Below, one piece after another: positions 25,294 to 38,715 of a stretch of 64,000 nt of DNA (positions within the stretch are counted from its first letter, which is position 1; the number at the start of each line of letters is the position of its first letter). The notes under the pieces are model-generated. The model was not told the origin of the DNA. It was given only the letters and a program-made list of their open reading frames with translations, and ran no database searches. The translations under genes were made by a program, and so were the position numbers. The DNA comes from Rhynchobatus australiae. Its lineage: Eukaryota. Location of the stretch: positions 87,678,936 to 87,742,935 of the forward strand of contig JAUZTB010000087.1 in the NCBI GenBank assembly GCA_034780895.1, given 5' to 3'.

Positions 25294-25769
25294 CTGTGTA
25301 ATACATTAAATATTAGTCTCAGTATTTAAAATCTTAGTAGTTCAGAATCTATTCAGGAAGATGTAATAAAACTGAGGCAGGTTGTTAAAACAATGTTTAC
25401 ACAATTAATACTCATCTAGCTTTTGAACAAGCTGTCTTCCACAATAATTTTTTAAAAATCATTTTTAATTACCTTGAATCTACCATTTTGGACCAACTTT
25501 TAAATTTAGAGTTGTTACACAGACTTAGTGCTACAACATGTTGCCTAGAAACCTAATAAATGACTGTTTTCCATTTTGGGAATCTCTGAATAACAGAAGC
25601 CGCCAGCTTGAGGCAAAAAACAACATGGAAGATTGACGTACTTCAGAATTTACTTTGCACATTGAAAGAGAAGAGATTAACACTTGGGGAATCTAACTAC
25701 CTTTCCTGAATTTTAAATTTAGTGCATTTTGTGTATCTCAATGATTTCAAGTAATGGGTTTCAGGGAAA

Positions 25770-26690
25770 TCAAAACAAAAATTGCAGATACTGGAAATGT
25801 GAAATAAAAACATAATAGGTAGCAGGTCAGGCAGCATTTCTGGAAAGAGAACAATGTTTTAGGTTGAATACCCTTCATCAGAACTGGGAAATAAAGCAAA
25901 TAAATTTGTATTATGTTGCAGAGAGTGTGGGGAGGGATAGGACAAGGGGAGTCTTTTGGTTTGTTTGTAAAAACAGTCATCTGGTGTGTGTGTGCACGAG
26001 AGAGAGAAAATCTGAACAAAGGAACATAAAAGCTGTGAAATGCAGAGCTGTAGGACATGTGTAGAGGTCAGACTGTGCTGCTAATGGAGAGTGAAAAGCT
26101 GGACTGGTCAGTTCTAGTACAGATTGGGAAAGCATATTACTCAAAATTGTAGAGTTCTCTCAGGCCTAGTCAGATGATGTGATAATTGGCCTTTTTAGAA
26201 CAGCACAGGAGGCCACAGACACTAAGTTCAGAGTAACAGAATGAGTGACAGGCAACAAGAATTGCAGGGTTGCCCCTGCAAATTAAAAGCAGGTGCTCAG
26301 CCAAGCCATCATTCAATCTGCATTACATTTCTCCAATGTGGAGGAGACCATATTGTGAACACCAAGTACAGTACATTGGGGGGGGAAAAAAAGTGCAAGT
26401 GAATTGCTACTTCACCTAGGAGGACTATTTAAGTTCCTGGATTCTGGGAACAGGTAAAAGAATAGGTGTTACGTCTCCTGTGGTTGCATGCTAAAGAGGG
26501 GGAACAGTTAGTAGAGATGGACGAGCAGACTAGGGAGTTGGAAAGGGAATAGTCCCTTCNNNNNNNNNNNNNNNNNNNNNGGAAGAGTATGTCTGGTGGC
26601 GGAATCTCACTGATAGTGATGAAGGATGATTTGTTGAATGTGAAGATGGTGAGGTGGAAGGTATGGACCGGGGACCTCACCTTTGTCTAA
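25770..26690 (-). mobile_element. Penelope-like element fragment in the last DCAF6 intron
   Basis: pLTR-type end with CTGATGA motif at about 25880 on the minus strand; decayed YCTWCSQYGLLHIGE..RLNDGLAEH GIY-YIG motif near 26290-26375. Confidence 0.7.
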
Positions 26691-26989
26691 CCAGGACAGA
26701 GATGGCTTTGAGAATCTAGTAAAGAACAATTGCCATGGCACTGGAAACAAAGCTTGTGCTGTACACTCTGCTAAAGGTTTTTTTGAAATTTTAGTAGACT
26801 TGATTGGATGACCTTAGACTGCCTTACCTGAATAGTTCCTTCAAAAATATAAAATCCATATATGATGTTGATTAAAGAATGCTTACATGGCATTCAACCT
26901 ATCACCAGGGTTTACTTTATTTGTATGTGGATTACTCTAGGAGCTAAACTGATTCACTATAAACAAGCCATGGTGCACACGGTTCTTAC

Positions 26990-27095
26990 CTGTTCGAATA
27001 TGATTGAGCGAAGCCAACATTCTTAGCACGAATGAAGCCGGAACTGTGATTGTGTTTCTGGTCTCCTCCAACATCAATTCATTGCGACTGATCAC
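26990..27095 (-). CDS. DCAF6: DCAF6 penultimate exon, 106 nt
   Basis: Reads [35 protein letters not shown]; cag| acceptor and G|gtaag donor; phase 0-1. Confidence 0.97.
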
Positions 27096-28441
27096 CTGCC
27101 AGGGAGAACCCAATTATTAATGTCTATAGTGGGTACTCTTCTCCCACCATTGGTGAGGATTTTTTTGCATAAATTTAATACACACTAAACTCTTAACAAT
27201 AATACAGCAAATTCTTCTGAGCAAAAATAAAACTTTAGTGTTTCTATTTAAATCATATGGTAAGACTATTACAAAGATTGGAGAATGCAATTGTCGTAAA
27301 AGAAATTAAGTCACATTTTTCTTCCTACAAGACTGGGAGGGGCAAAGATGCTGGAATTACAGTGAAGACTTAACAATGGAATTTCAAAGGATTAAAGCAA
27401 CTTGGAGTTTTACAGAAATCTTCATGGATGCACTTTGATCCTCCATTCCAGCCCCATTGATCAGGCTACTGGAGACAACTGCATTATTTACAATTGGCCT
27501 GATTTGACAGCTGTAAATTCTGTGGTGAACCTGCTATGAATTACCTTTCGGGCATTAGTATGAAAGTACCTGTTAGTCAGGACACTATTCTTAGCCATAC
27601 CATGGGAATGCACTATTTTTGATATAGCTGGCGTGGTCAACTGAGAAACGCCTTGAATCTTGAATAGATCCGGCTATTTTGACCATGCAGCAATAGATGG
27701 TTTACACATTGTGAATGTACAATTTATAGGAAAATAGCAATGCAAGTTGAAATTCTAGGTTGACTACAGCAAACTGGAATGTGATGGAGAAAACTTCATA
27801 CCCCTAATTTATAGATGTCAAGGCCACAATATAAACAAACACCCTGTTACACTCTCTGGGGATCATCTACAAAGGAAGATGCATTACCTAAATGTGGATT
27901 TGGGAGAAGCACAAGTGCAACCTCTGCCCTATATTTAACATTGCTCCTGGTTACCACTACTCCTGACTTTCATTCTGACCTCTTCTGCCAAGCACAGTCT
28001 GAAACCCACAACTCTAGCTTCCAAATTTGATCCACACCCCAACCCAACTTACTTGAGCACCACACAAGACGAATATTGCACAACTCTTTTCCACTAGCTT
28101 TGACTTCTTCATAATGTGGCTCAATATTTTAACACAGAACTACCTACACAGCCACCTGTCCACATTTTTAGGTCCATAATTAGCAATGAGAAGGTAGTTT
28201 GGTGGGATCCTGACAATTGCTCCTTTGTTGTGTTCTATTCTAATGCAACATTCTATTTTGTTTACTGATGGGAAATCTGTAATTTAAAGTGTAAATTTTC
28301 ATTTTTTTTGTGTAATGCTATTATTTACCTTTCGATCTTATCACTGCCTTTTTAGTACAGCAAACCTGCTTTAACAATATTTATGAGACAAATGTTTTTC
28401 GATCAATTTACACGTCAAAAACGTCAGAACTGATTGCACAC

Positions 28442-28530
28442 CTCATCTGCAAGTTTTCTGTCAAAGGCTGGTATTCCTTCCAGTGGTGTCCAAATCTTGA
28501 CATCATAATCTATACCAGAGGATGCCAAAA
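28442..28530 (-). CDS. DCAF6: DCAF6 exon (last WD40 repeat), 89 nt
   Basis: Reads (I)[29 protein letters not shown]; tgtag| acceptor and GAG|gtgtgc donor; phase 1-0. Confidence 0.96.
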
Positions 28531-31500
28531 CTACATAAAACAGAAACAATAAATTGTACATCAATGCATATTTAGATCATTAACAACATTATAAAAGTGG
28601 GTAATGGCCAAAATCATTTTTAGGATCACTACACTAGTTCTCTAAATAACTTAGTGCAGAATTATTGACATCACTGCAGAGTCTTGTCATTCTGTGAATA
28701 AACCCAAGGGCCTTGTCACATGGACGATGTTGATCCAACGGTTTAATTCACACTCTAGAAATGATAGCATGGTTCTCCTTCAGCAAGATCATGTTAATGA
28801 ATGTAGCATATCCATTTTTCTGATGCCAACTCATGATTATGGGTACTCATTGCAAAAATGTGGTAATATGAAGTGCCAAAGAATTTCATTGTGCATTTTA
28901 AGAAATGGTGCAAACATTTTGAAGCACTTTCTTGATTTATATTTTATATAACGTACATCTTCAAAAGAAATGTGTTTTCCTTTAATTTTGTCAACTTTCC
29001 TGGNNNNNNNNNNNNNNNNNNNNNNNNNNNNNNNNNNNNNNNNNNNNNNNNNNNNNNNNNNNNNNNNNNNNNNNNNNNNNNNNNNNNNNNNNNNNNNNNN
29101 NNNTTCCTGGCCAATCAATCTCTTTTGGTCACAGAATTCTAATGTGAAAGTCATCTCAAGGGCCTTAAGAAAAGTTTGTTTCTAAAATTGTGATCGTTAA
29201 CTATCTTACTGGATCAAGAATGGCAAAAAGAGGCCTCTACTGGTACTAGTTTTATTTTTGTCTCAGTAATCTGACCAGCTGTTGAATTTCGTCATCTTTC
29301 TTTACAAAAACTTGCCTTGACTCAAGTTAATCAGAAAAGAACAGTTTTAACATTCTTGATCAGAACCTACTTAAGAATTAGTAGGTTGGCTTGTATACAT
29401 TGAATAATTCTTGCACTGAAATAGAATGTACATTGACATAATTCTTTGTTATTTGTTAAACTTATAATATACATTTACACAGCCTCATCTAAAATTAAGT
29501 ACTTATGGATATAGTCCTATTTTGTTATGGAAGAGAACCATTTACAATTCCACTGATCAATTTAAATTTAAGACCAGAATAAAATGCTCTATGGTTATTT
29601 TAGGCAAGCTATACTTTGTTACATCCCCCTTAAACAGAAAATAATATAGAGAAGCACAAATACATTCTAGTCCATCACGTTTTCCAAATTGTTCATTCTT
29701 TTGTCACAAGTCCTGTAATACAATCCTACTGTTCTTCCATTGCCTCACACTCTGCACAATACTGCTTCTTTAACCTGAGCAATGATTCTTTTAAAAATGT
29801 TAGACACAAGGTGTGGTCAAATTTCCTATGAATTTAGGACCTTTACGGCAGTCACATTATTAACATGCTGCTCATATTGGTACCCATTACTAACTGTTAA
29901 GTGTCTAACTTTCATTTAGTGTAAAACTTCAAAGGGGTGTGGCAAGGGTGTGAGTGGCAATGGAGTGGATGCTAACAATGATTATTATACCTAAAGGGGC
30001 AGCATGTTTGTCTTTTTTAAAATCACTGGTTGCAGGCTAACAAAGAGGATAAATCATGAGACATGTGAACCCTTACAACAAACATGCCACAATTCACAGA
30101 TGTTACTATGTGAGAGTGAAGAGTTACTGTAGGGTACTGATGTAGAGCAGTCTGTAACCAGCTGGTATCGAACAACATATCTAGTTTATAAACTAATTAT
30201 TAAGACAAGTAATATTACTAAGGTAAATCAGTATAGAAAACACACTTCCCAGAATGTATAATCTATTTGAAATTGAATGACAAAAGGTTTTTAAATTAGT
30301 TCATTAGTTTTACAAAACAACTTTGAAAAATAATCCAGCAGAGTAAATGAGAATTGAGCTAGGCAGAATGCAGAATAGAAAGTTGCGCAATTTGATTCAC
30401 CAACAAAGTATGAAGGAGAAATTTTAACGGTGCTTTTCACGTAATAAGTATGGGAAGCAGTTAAATAAAGAAGAATCTGTAACAGTGAATTACAACACTA
30501 CAAAACGTTGCATTATTCATATTTTGGAATGTTAAACCATTCTACAAATGTGTGTTCCATATAACACGGTAATATGCCTTTATCAGCTAATAAAATATGA
30601 GGGGCCATCCATCTAGCGAAATAGGCAGGAAAGTCCCAAGTCAGAGAGAGGGCAGCCCAGCACTTTGAAATTGGATTAAAACTGCCACAACGGTACTTGC
30701 ATAGAAAGATTGAAAGTGGGCGACCCAGTTTACTTAAAAATTGTAGATATTACTAGCTATAGTTTTCAGTTGGGATTATGCTTATGCTAAACAAAATTTG
30801 TCTGGCGTACTATCTACAAGGAACAGGGCATGGGAATGATGACCTGAATTCCAGAGCAATGTTGCACAGAATTCAGGTCCTTCAGGACCAAATGCTTCCC
30901 TACAGGTTGATGCAGCAGATCCCTGTGTTATTTATGCAGACGTGGGCTTACCTTTGTACTGTAGATGGAAGTGCTGTGTTTCAACAAGACTGCCCCCAGT
31001 TCCAGCCTGTTGATATGCCAGGTGGACTGAAATGAAGTTCCGGTTCCCTGTCCCCAGGTGAAAATCCTATCCAGAGGAGGGAAGTATCAGTGATCAGGAT
31101 GACAGGTAGGCTGGGTATGCAACTGTGCATCCGGCCCAAGTATTGCTTTTGATTACCAGCATTGTGCTTCTGTAGGTGCAAAGGAGGAGGAACAATAGTC
31201 CCCTGATAAATAGTCCTAAATGTAATAAGAGGGATATATATGGATGTATTTGTTTTGACTTGCTGCTTCTGTTATACATGAAATAAAACTTAGGCTGGGT
31301 TAACACTTTGATAGAACTTTTCTTAGGTTACATTCCAAATATAATCATAATTATTAAACATAACTTGAATAATGAAATTGTCCATTGATTATTTCTTCAT
31401 AATCCAGGTTCTAACTAATAAATGTTCCCCAATTTATAATCTGCATTTAGGGAACAAATAAAAAGATACCAGAAAGGCTGTCGGTCTATATTACACAATC

Positions 31501-31684
31501 ATTTTAGGCAATTCCACCAAATGATCTTCACCCTCTTCCCACCTGACATTTCTTTGCATTGATGATAGTTAAGTGCATTTATATCACCAATCTTCCATGA
31601 AATTCAACTGAATGAGTTGAGGGATTTCAAAGTGCAAATGGCACCATTTCCCACCTGCTGGGATAGCTAGATTTTACATTTTGA

Positions 31685-32490
31685 AACCGCAGAAACTGGA
31701 TCTCTGAAATAAAAACGGAAAACGCTGGAAATACTCAGCTGATCATGCAGCATTTGTGGAAAGAGAAACAGAGTTAACATTTCAGATCAAAGACCCTTCT
31801 TATCAAGAAATCCTAAAATGCAGGAAATCTGAATTAAAAGCAGAAGATGGTGCAAACGCTCACCCAAGCAGGCAGTATTTATGGAAAGTGCTCATCAAAC
31901 AACTGGAAATCAAACTTTAATTTTCCATCACACTGACCAACCTGCCTGTGGCTGCCTGCACCATTCCAACACCTCACCTTCCGTCTTGGCACAATGCAGC
32001 CTATGGACTCAATATCAAGTTCAACAGTTTTAGATAATTTGGTTCTTATGTTTTTATCAGAACTAGCTAGTTCTGTGGTAAGGTCATCCATCCATAATAT
32101 TAACTCAGATATTTTCCCCTCCCCCTCTCTAGACACAGCCCAAGTTGCTGGGTATTTCCTGCATTCTCCTTTTGGTTTAAATCTAGCAACAGCTCTGACC
32201 TACATTTCACAACCTTTACTTCTACTTTTGTTTTCTTTCTAACTGCCTTCATGAATCTGTCAACCAGACAGCTCTGGAACCAATGGAACCCTGGTCCCAC
32301 CCGATCAGGAGATTTTTCCTTTTCCCCTCCATCTCTCCCCTCTCACTTTGCAACTTAAATCTCATTTGTTTTCTCACTTTCCCAACTCTGATGGAGAATC
32401 TTCAATCTGAAATTCTACCCATGTTTCTCTTTCCTGCCCGACCTTTTGTGTGTTTGCAGAATTTTCTGCTTTTATTTGCTAGATTTTAAA
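31685..32490. mobile_element. Penelope-like pLTR cluster (tandem and inverted ends)
   Basis: Repeated GCAGA..CTGGA..TCTGAAAT.AAA...GAAAA.GCTGGAAATACTCAG ends on both strands flanking a decayed internal segment. Confidence 0.6.
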
Positions 32491-32789
32491 ATATTTGTGT
32501 GCCCAAAACAATCTGTTGCCTGAAAATAAATCTGCCGTTCTGGTTTGAACCCTACTTCGTGAGAAAAGGTAATTTTCTGATATAAATGATCCATAACGTA
32601 GATAGATAATATTTGAGCATTATAAAATTGCCTCCATGACACCTCTCCTACTGTTGGACTGTCACCCACTTTCAATGATAGTCTACTTTTCCTACTAGAA
32701 AAGATTTTAAACATGTTTTGAAAAGCTAGGTGGATGGCAAGGAGGACAAGATAGAACCTGTGTTTACACAGCACTTCCACAATGCTTTA

Positions 32790-33190
32790 TAGTTAGGAAA
32801 GTACATTTGGAGCGTGGTCACGATTGCAATGTACAAACACCAACTGCTAATTTGCACCCAGCAAGGTTATACACACCACAATACAATGATGGCCAGATAA
32901 TTTATGTTGGCGATATCAGTTAAAGGATAAATATTAGTATGTACAACGGGGATAAATAACTTCCCATTTCTACTCTGAAGTGGCATTGTGGGGTCTTTTA
33001 CATTGAACTTGGGTAAACAATGCTTTAGCTCTGCGCTTCACGCAAGAGACAAAACATCCAACAGTGTAACTCACTCAGTACTATAGTGTTGTGCCAGCCT
33101 ATGTTATATGCCCAACTTTTGAAAGTGGGACAAATCCACAACTAATGGAGACACAGTGCTACCAATTGAACCACAACTGACAATAGAAGT
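32790..33190 (-). mobile_element. Deu-domain SINE, decayed
   Basis: Reverse complement resembles the copy at 44400-44825 and has a tRNA-like head near 33120-33185. Confidence 0.55.
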
Positions 33191-33234
33191 TTGAGGAATG
33201 TGATGGAGAAAAGGAGGATTAACAACTTGCAATT

Positions 33235-33510
33235 TAGAACATAAAAAAGTACAGCACTGGACAGCCCATTCGGCCCATGGTGTTGTGTCGATCTTGATGC
33301 CAGTTTATACTAAATGTCTTCCTCCTGTGTATCCCTCAATTTCCTTCATATTCACGTGTCTATCTAACAGTTTCTTAAACTCCACCAAACTGCCTGCTTC
33401 CACTACTACCCTGGTAACCTGTTCCAAGCACCTACCAGTCTCTGAGTAAGAAACACGTCCCTCACAATGCCTTTAAACTTCCCCCCACCCCCCCCCCCAC
33501 CTTAAAAGCA
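33235..33510 (-). mobile_element. CR1 LINE 3' end
   Basis: AGAACATAAAAAAGTACAGCAC...CCCATTCGGCCCA matches the reverse-strand CR1 tail seen elsewhere in the window. Confidence 0.7.
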
Positions 33511-35747
33511 TTGAATTTGAATGTACCTAATGCGAAGAAAGTTGTTCACAAATTGGCAACTTCAAGAGGGGATAAGTTCCGAGGATGTGACAAAATCTGG
33601 ACGAAGGTAGATTTGAGAAAGGTTTTTAAGTAGGGAGGAGTGGAGAAGTTTTGGGAGGTATGTACAGCTAGTAGAACCTGGTACCTGAAGATTCCTGCCA
33701 TCAAATATTAGGGGATGGTGAAGACAGACAGACAATGTTTTATGGTTATTTTAAGGGAATGACTTAAAATCAAAGACAAGCAAAGGCATAAGCAGAAAGT
33801 GGAGGGAGGTGTAGGCAGCAGCGGAATCATCAAGTACATAAAGGATGCACACACTTCTGCATACGTATTATATGTATGTGTTTTAAGTGCGCCTCCAAAA
33901 CCAGCTTTAAGGTTGACACTTAATACATGGTGATTAATATAAAACATGCCAATTGGAAAAATTCACCAGAGCTCCAAAACAAAATGTTGGACTACACGTT
34001 CCATAGGCCAAATTCGACCAGCATTCTGCCTCAGCTATTGGACCCCTACATTTCTCAGCTGCAGATATTCCATTTCCCTCTCTGTCCCTGGGTTTCCTGC
34101 TGCCCATCAGATCACACGCCTCAGGTTCATCTCGGACAATACTTGGATAACCGATACCCAGGAACAGTCAATCTGAATATGCTCTTCCTTTTTTCAGTAT
34201 CTCATTTAAAAACACATCTAGTTAAGGCCAGTTGAAACAGCTTAATCCCATCTACATTCAGAATCCTACCATTTTCTAAAAGTTAGCCACAGACACACAG
34301 CTAATTAACCATGGTATCCATATCATACACACATTAAAACAGCTAACATTCATTTCTGCCTTTTGCAGATGGTAGTGCACAAACAGGCTGCTTTTGCAGC
34401 TGACTGGAGCCAACTTAGCAAGTTACCTGGGGACAGGGTTCAGGCAATTATGGGCTATAGAGCTAATAGTCAAACAGTAGACTGGTGATCACCAATGACA
34501 GTATGCTCATACATAATCCTGATACATATAACTATTTCTGCTACTTTACAAGACCCAGATAAGTTTAAATGTATGCCAATCTTCTGGCCCCTCAACTTGA
34601 ACATATCTCTGGACGCTTCACATTTCAGAGCACCAGAAAAAAATACTCAGCTCAACCGACACATTCAAAAGGCAACAACACCGTATCACTACAAGTGGTC
34701 CTTGTATTCATCAGCTCAAATCCCGGCACTTCTTGGACAGTAAAAGTGGTTGAAAGGCAGGGAGTAGAGCCATACCAGAGAGAAAGTGGGAGGGGTCAGC
34801 TGAGTTTTCTGAAGGAGTGACATCAGCCCTAGTTACTTTGTGCAACTGCATATTGCCTTATGTTCTATATATATTTAAGGTGCCAATTGATATTACATTA
34901 TAAATCAGTCCTGAGGTACAAAAAAGTTGTACTTGTAACCGAATTTCTGGGTCAGCAATACTTAAGTTCAATTCAAAATTGAACAGAATACAATGGCTAG
35001 GGAAGGTGGATGAGTTAAGTGACCAAAAAAAAGCCAAAATTGATGGCTTTGTTTTTTAATATTGACGTGGTTAAAGTTGTAAATCATTCAGAAATGGATG
35101 TCAGACAAATTTATTGAGAGCAAAGTAATAAGTCAGGGTCTGAAAGAAATGGGGATGAGCCAGAGCTGCCTTTTATCAAGGTACATGTGGCAATGAAACA
35201 CAGCAGGTTTAGCATCCATCATTTGGGTTACCAATTAACTAAAGTTAATAATAATGGGGAAGAACCTCTCAAAGAAACAAAAGTAAGAAATTACTGCATT
35301 AAGTTCTAATCTCTTTGGACCCAAATCCAGATCAAAAGTCCCTATTTGGCTATATTTTCTTCTACTATTATCAAATGAGGGAGTATTGTTTACAATTTCC
35401 CTTCTTGTGACAGAAACAATAAAAGATACGTACCTCTATGTAAACAAATTGTTCAACAAACAGTTTTAAAGTATAAACCACGAGGCAGTAAGACAATTAT
35501 ACAGATATATTTTAAGAAATTGTGCTTATTTCTCATCATCTTTTGTTCTTTAATTTTTCTCTCATCCCCTATCCCATCTAAGGCAGGCCAGTAAGGTTCC
35601 AAAGAACGGTCTCCACTGTTTTGCAGAATTGGACAGTTTCTGGGTGTTCAACTATTGGCATCATTACATTCCATCTATGCTTATACCTCCTGCACATCCA
35701 TGTATTTTATGTTCACTGAACAGTCAACCAAAATGTAAACTTTAGGT

Positions 35748-35885
35748 GGAGACACAAGAGACTGCAGATGCTGGAATCCGAGCAACAAACAATCTGCTAG
35801 GGGAAGTCAGCAGGTCGAACAGCATCTGTGGGGGGGTGGGGGGAGGAATTGTCAACATTTTGGGTTGAAACATTGCATCAGTTTA
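35748..35885. mobile_element. Penelope pLTR-type short repeat
   Basis: GAGACACAAGAGACTGCAGATGCTGGAATC.GAGCAACAAACAATCTGCT, same family as 14755, 46010, 51085 and 54200. Confidence 0.75.
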
Positions 35886-36330
35886 AGTACTTGTTTTCTC
35901 ATTGATCTGTTAAAATTCAGACCAAACAAGGGAATATGCAAAGTAGTCTCTCTTTCCTACATGTAGATAGTCTTAATCAGAAATCAGGGCCTTATGCAAG
36001 ACTCCCTGGAATCTCAAGTAAAGGCTGAACTCCAAATTTACAACATACAAATTTACTGTTGCTGCTAAATAGAACTGGTTTGCCCAGACACTAAATGTTT
36101 AACTTAAATTCACTGCACCAAGTGACATTAATCCAGTTCAAACCAGAGAAGATAATTTGAAAATGCTTTTTGTAGCTTAGCCCCATAACATCTTGTGCAT
36201 TTTACCTTCTAATCATGGCACCTTCAGATTTACCCTTTTACTACTACAGTAGAGTTGGCACCAGTTCATTATTAGTACTCCTAAAGGTAGGAAGGATATC
36301 CCTTCTTTAGCAGAGGAGGTGACTACTTAC

Positions 36331-36487
36331 TTGGATCAAAAGGATGAGGCTGCAGGCAGTTCACCACATGGTTGTCAGCTTCCAGTAACATCAGCAACTC
36401 AGCTGTCTGACGATCCCAGATGAATATGTGACCACAGTCTGAGCCACTAATTACATAATAACTACCCCAGAAGTTGGCTTCTTTGAT
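36331..36487 (-). CDS. DCAF6: DCAF6 exon (WD40 repeats, WDR motif), 157 nt
   Basis: Reads [52 protein letters not shown]; ttcag| acceptor and A|gtaagt donor; phase 0-1. Confidence 0.97.
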
Positions 36488-36582
36488 CTGAACCCAAAGA
36501 CAGTCAATTATCATTGTGCATTCCAACAGCAAAAATGCCTTTTTATATTTCTCACAAAGACAGTGTTACAAGATTTGTTTAC

Positions 36583-36721
36583 CATTGTTCTTGAGTTACG
36601 GTGGCCCTTGTATACCATTTTTATCGTAGGTTTTCTTATGTTTTGAGTCTCTAATTNNNNNNNNNNNNNNNNNNNNNNNNNCCTTCTGAACAACTCCTGA
36701 ATACGGGCAGCTGCAGTGCGT
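36583..36721 (-). CDS. DCAF6: DCAF6 exon with IQ motif, 139 nt including 25 N
   Basis: Reads [13 protein letters not shown]-(N)[24 protein letters not shown]; donor ATG|gtaaac; acceptor taag|A (phase 2). The frame is preserved across the N run. Confidence 0.93.
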
Positions 36722-38491
36722 CTTAACATCATGTGTTGTAATTCAATACAAGTGTTTAAAAACAAAGGAGAGAAAAATTAGTTGTTTACTAAATAAGAAC
36801 CTTGAACATAATTACTGTTATTGAAAGCAGTCATGCAATTTCAAAAATAAGTTCTGCAGAAACTCTTGCATTAAAAGCAAATCCTTTAAAGTGCAAAATT
36901 GTCCTAGGGTACTTTACAAAAGGAGATAATTAGAATCGTTAGTTAACGTTATGCCACAATACTGGAAACCTCATTTCCAGGTTTTACTGATGAAGTCCAT
37001 ACAGAGGAATTTTTGGTTATGCCTTTAAAGTAATGCCTTACCCAGTGTCTAATCCAAAATAAAGTTACATTGACAGACAATATTTAATAGTCTCAATATC
37101 TTTAGATAATATGGCTAAAATTCAGCTTGAAAACCTGATAATGAAAGTTCACAAATACATCAGTTACAGCCGACTGCAGGAGTGCTTTTGTTAGATATTC
37201 TCTGTTCAGTTTCTCACTGCAATGTTAGCTACTGCTTCCATTTTGAAAAAACTATTGAAAATTTCCTGTTTTGAAAATAACACGTCTTCAGATTAGTTAA
37301 AAAGAGATTATATAGTATGTTTCAATTTCAGAGTATGTAAGAAGTGACATAATTTTGCATTGTTAAGGGCAGATAGAAATTGGAGACAACATGACAAATG
37401 CTTGTTACATCCAATCCATGTTTCCATCTCAGTAGTCAAAGTAAGTACTTTAAAACGAATAAAAGCACATAAAATCAGAAGTAATGGTGGTGGTGGCGGG
37501 GGGGGGGGTGTGGAGGGGCAACGTGGACCAAGTTAAAATTAACTGTCATAATCATTCAAAAATGGGGTCCCATTCTTTTCCGATGGGAATTCTGGCCTGG
37601 AGATTAGAAGCAAAAAAATGTTCTTTTTTTAAGAAATAATTAATAACTAAGTTTAATCTTATAATGTTCATTAATTTCATTTACAAGTTAATCATTACAA
37701 CTCATTTACATCTATTATGATTTTTAAATGTCTTTCAATATGATTACGGTCTTGGGTTTGATAAGATACATCACTTGGGGTGCTTTGTGAGAGGAGCTCA
37801 ATTTACCGTACTTGAGATGACTTGCTGCTGAGGCCTCACTGTGCTTCGTTGGTGCAGTGGGTCACCTTTATCGCCTCTCTGCCTCTGATCCAGGTAACAG
37901 GAGGTGGTTGTGAACTGTGGACAGCAAGTCTGGCCAGTGAGCCAAATCCAGCTTGATTTATAGCATGCTGCACACTGCCTATTGTGGAGGCATAGTGCAG
38001 TGCACTGACACCACTATTATATCCAGGATGAACATTTGGGTGCATGTCCATTTTGCCCCATCATTTAGTGAGCAGGAGCATGTTAATTGGAGGTATTGTG
38101 GAATTGGGAGCCAATGTAGGGACGTGGGTAGTCAGTGATCAGGGGAGCTGTCGACATTACCAACCCACCATGCGACTTGGATTGATGGAGGAAACAAAAG
38201 CAGCCAGAAGAACGATAGATTTGTTGGGTTTAGAGATAACAAGTGATATGTACTTGGGCAGCAAATGGGCTGAAGAATGGATGAAACCTGGCAAAGTCAT
38301 GGAGGTAAAAGATAGGGGTCTTTTGATGACAAAGTTACAAGTGCCGAAACTTCAATTAAGGTCAAATAAGATGGCACAATTATGAATTGAAACAGTGAAC
38401 ACAGACTGCATTCAGACCAAGGTTATGGAAGTTGGGGCAGAGGTCAGAAGGTGACAGCTTCAGTCTTTCCAAAGCTTAACTGGAAATATCA

Positions 38492-38715
38492 GCACAGTAG
38501 TGCAGCGGTTAGCATGATGCTATTACAGCACCGGCGGTTCAATTCCCGCTGTCTGTAAGGAGTTTATACATTCTCTCTGTGTCTGTGTGGGCTTCCTCTG
38601 GGTGCTCCGGTTTCCTCCCATGTTCCAAAGATGTACAGGTAGGTTAACATGGGTTTAAAATGAGTGGCACGGACTCATTAGGCCGGAAGGGCCTGTTTCT
38701 GTGCTGTAAATAAAG
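38492..38715 (+). mobile_element. tRNA-derived V-SINE
   Basis: Head and V-domain similar to the 11292 copy (GGTTCAATTCCC, GGGTGCTCCGGTTTCCTCCCA) with CR1-like tail GGCCGGAAGGGCCTGTTTCTGTGCTGT. Confidence 0.85.
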
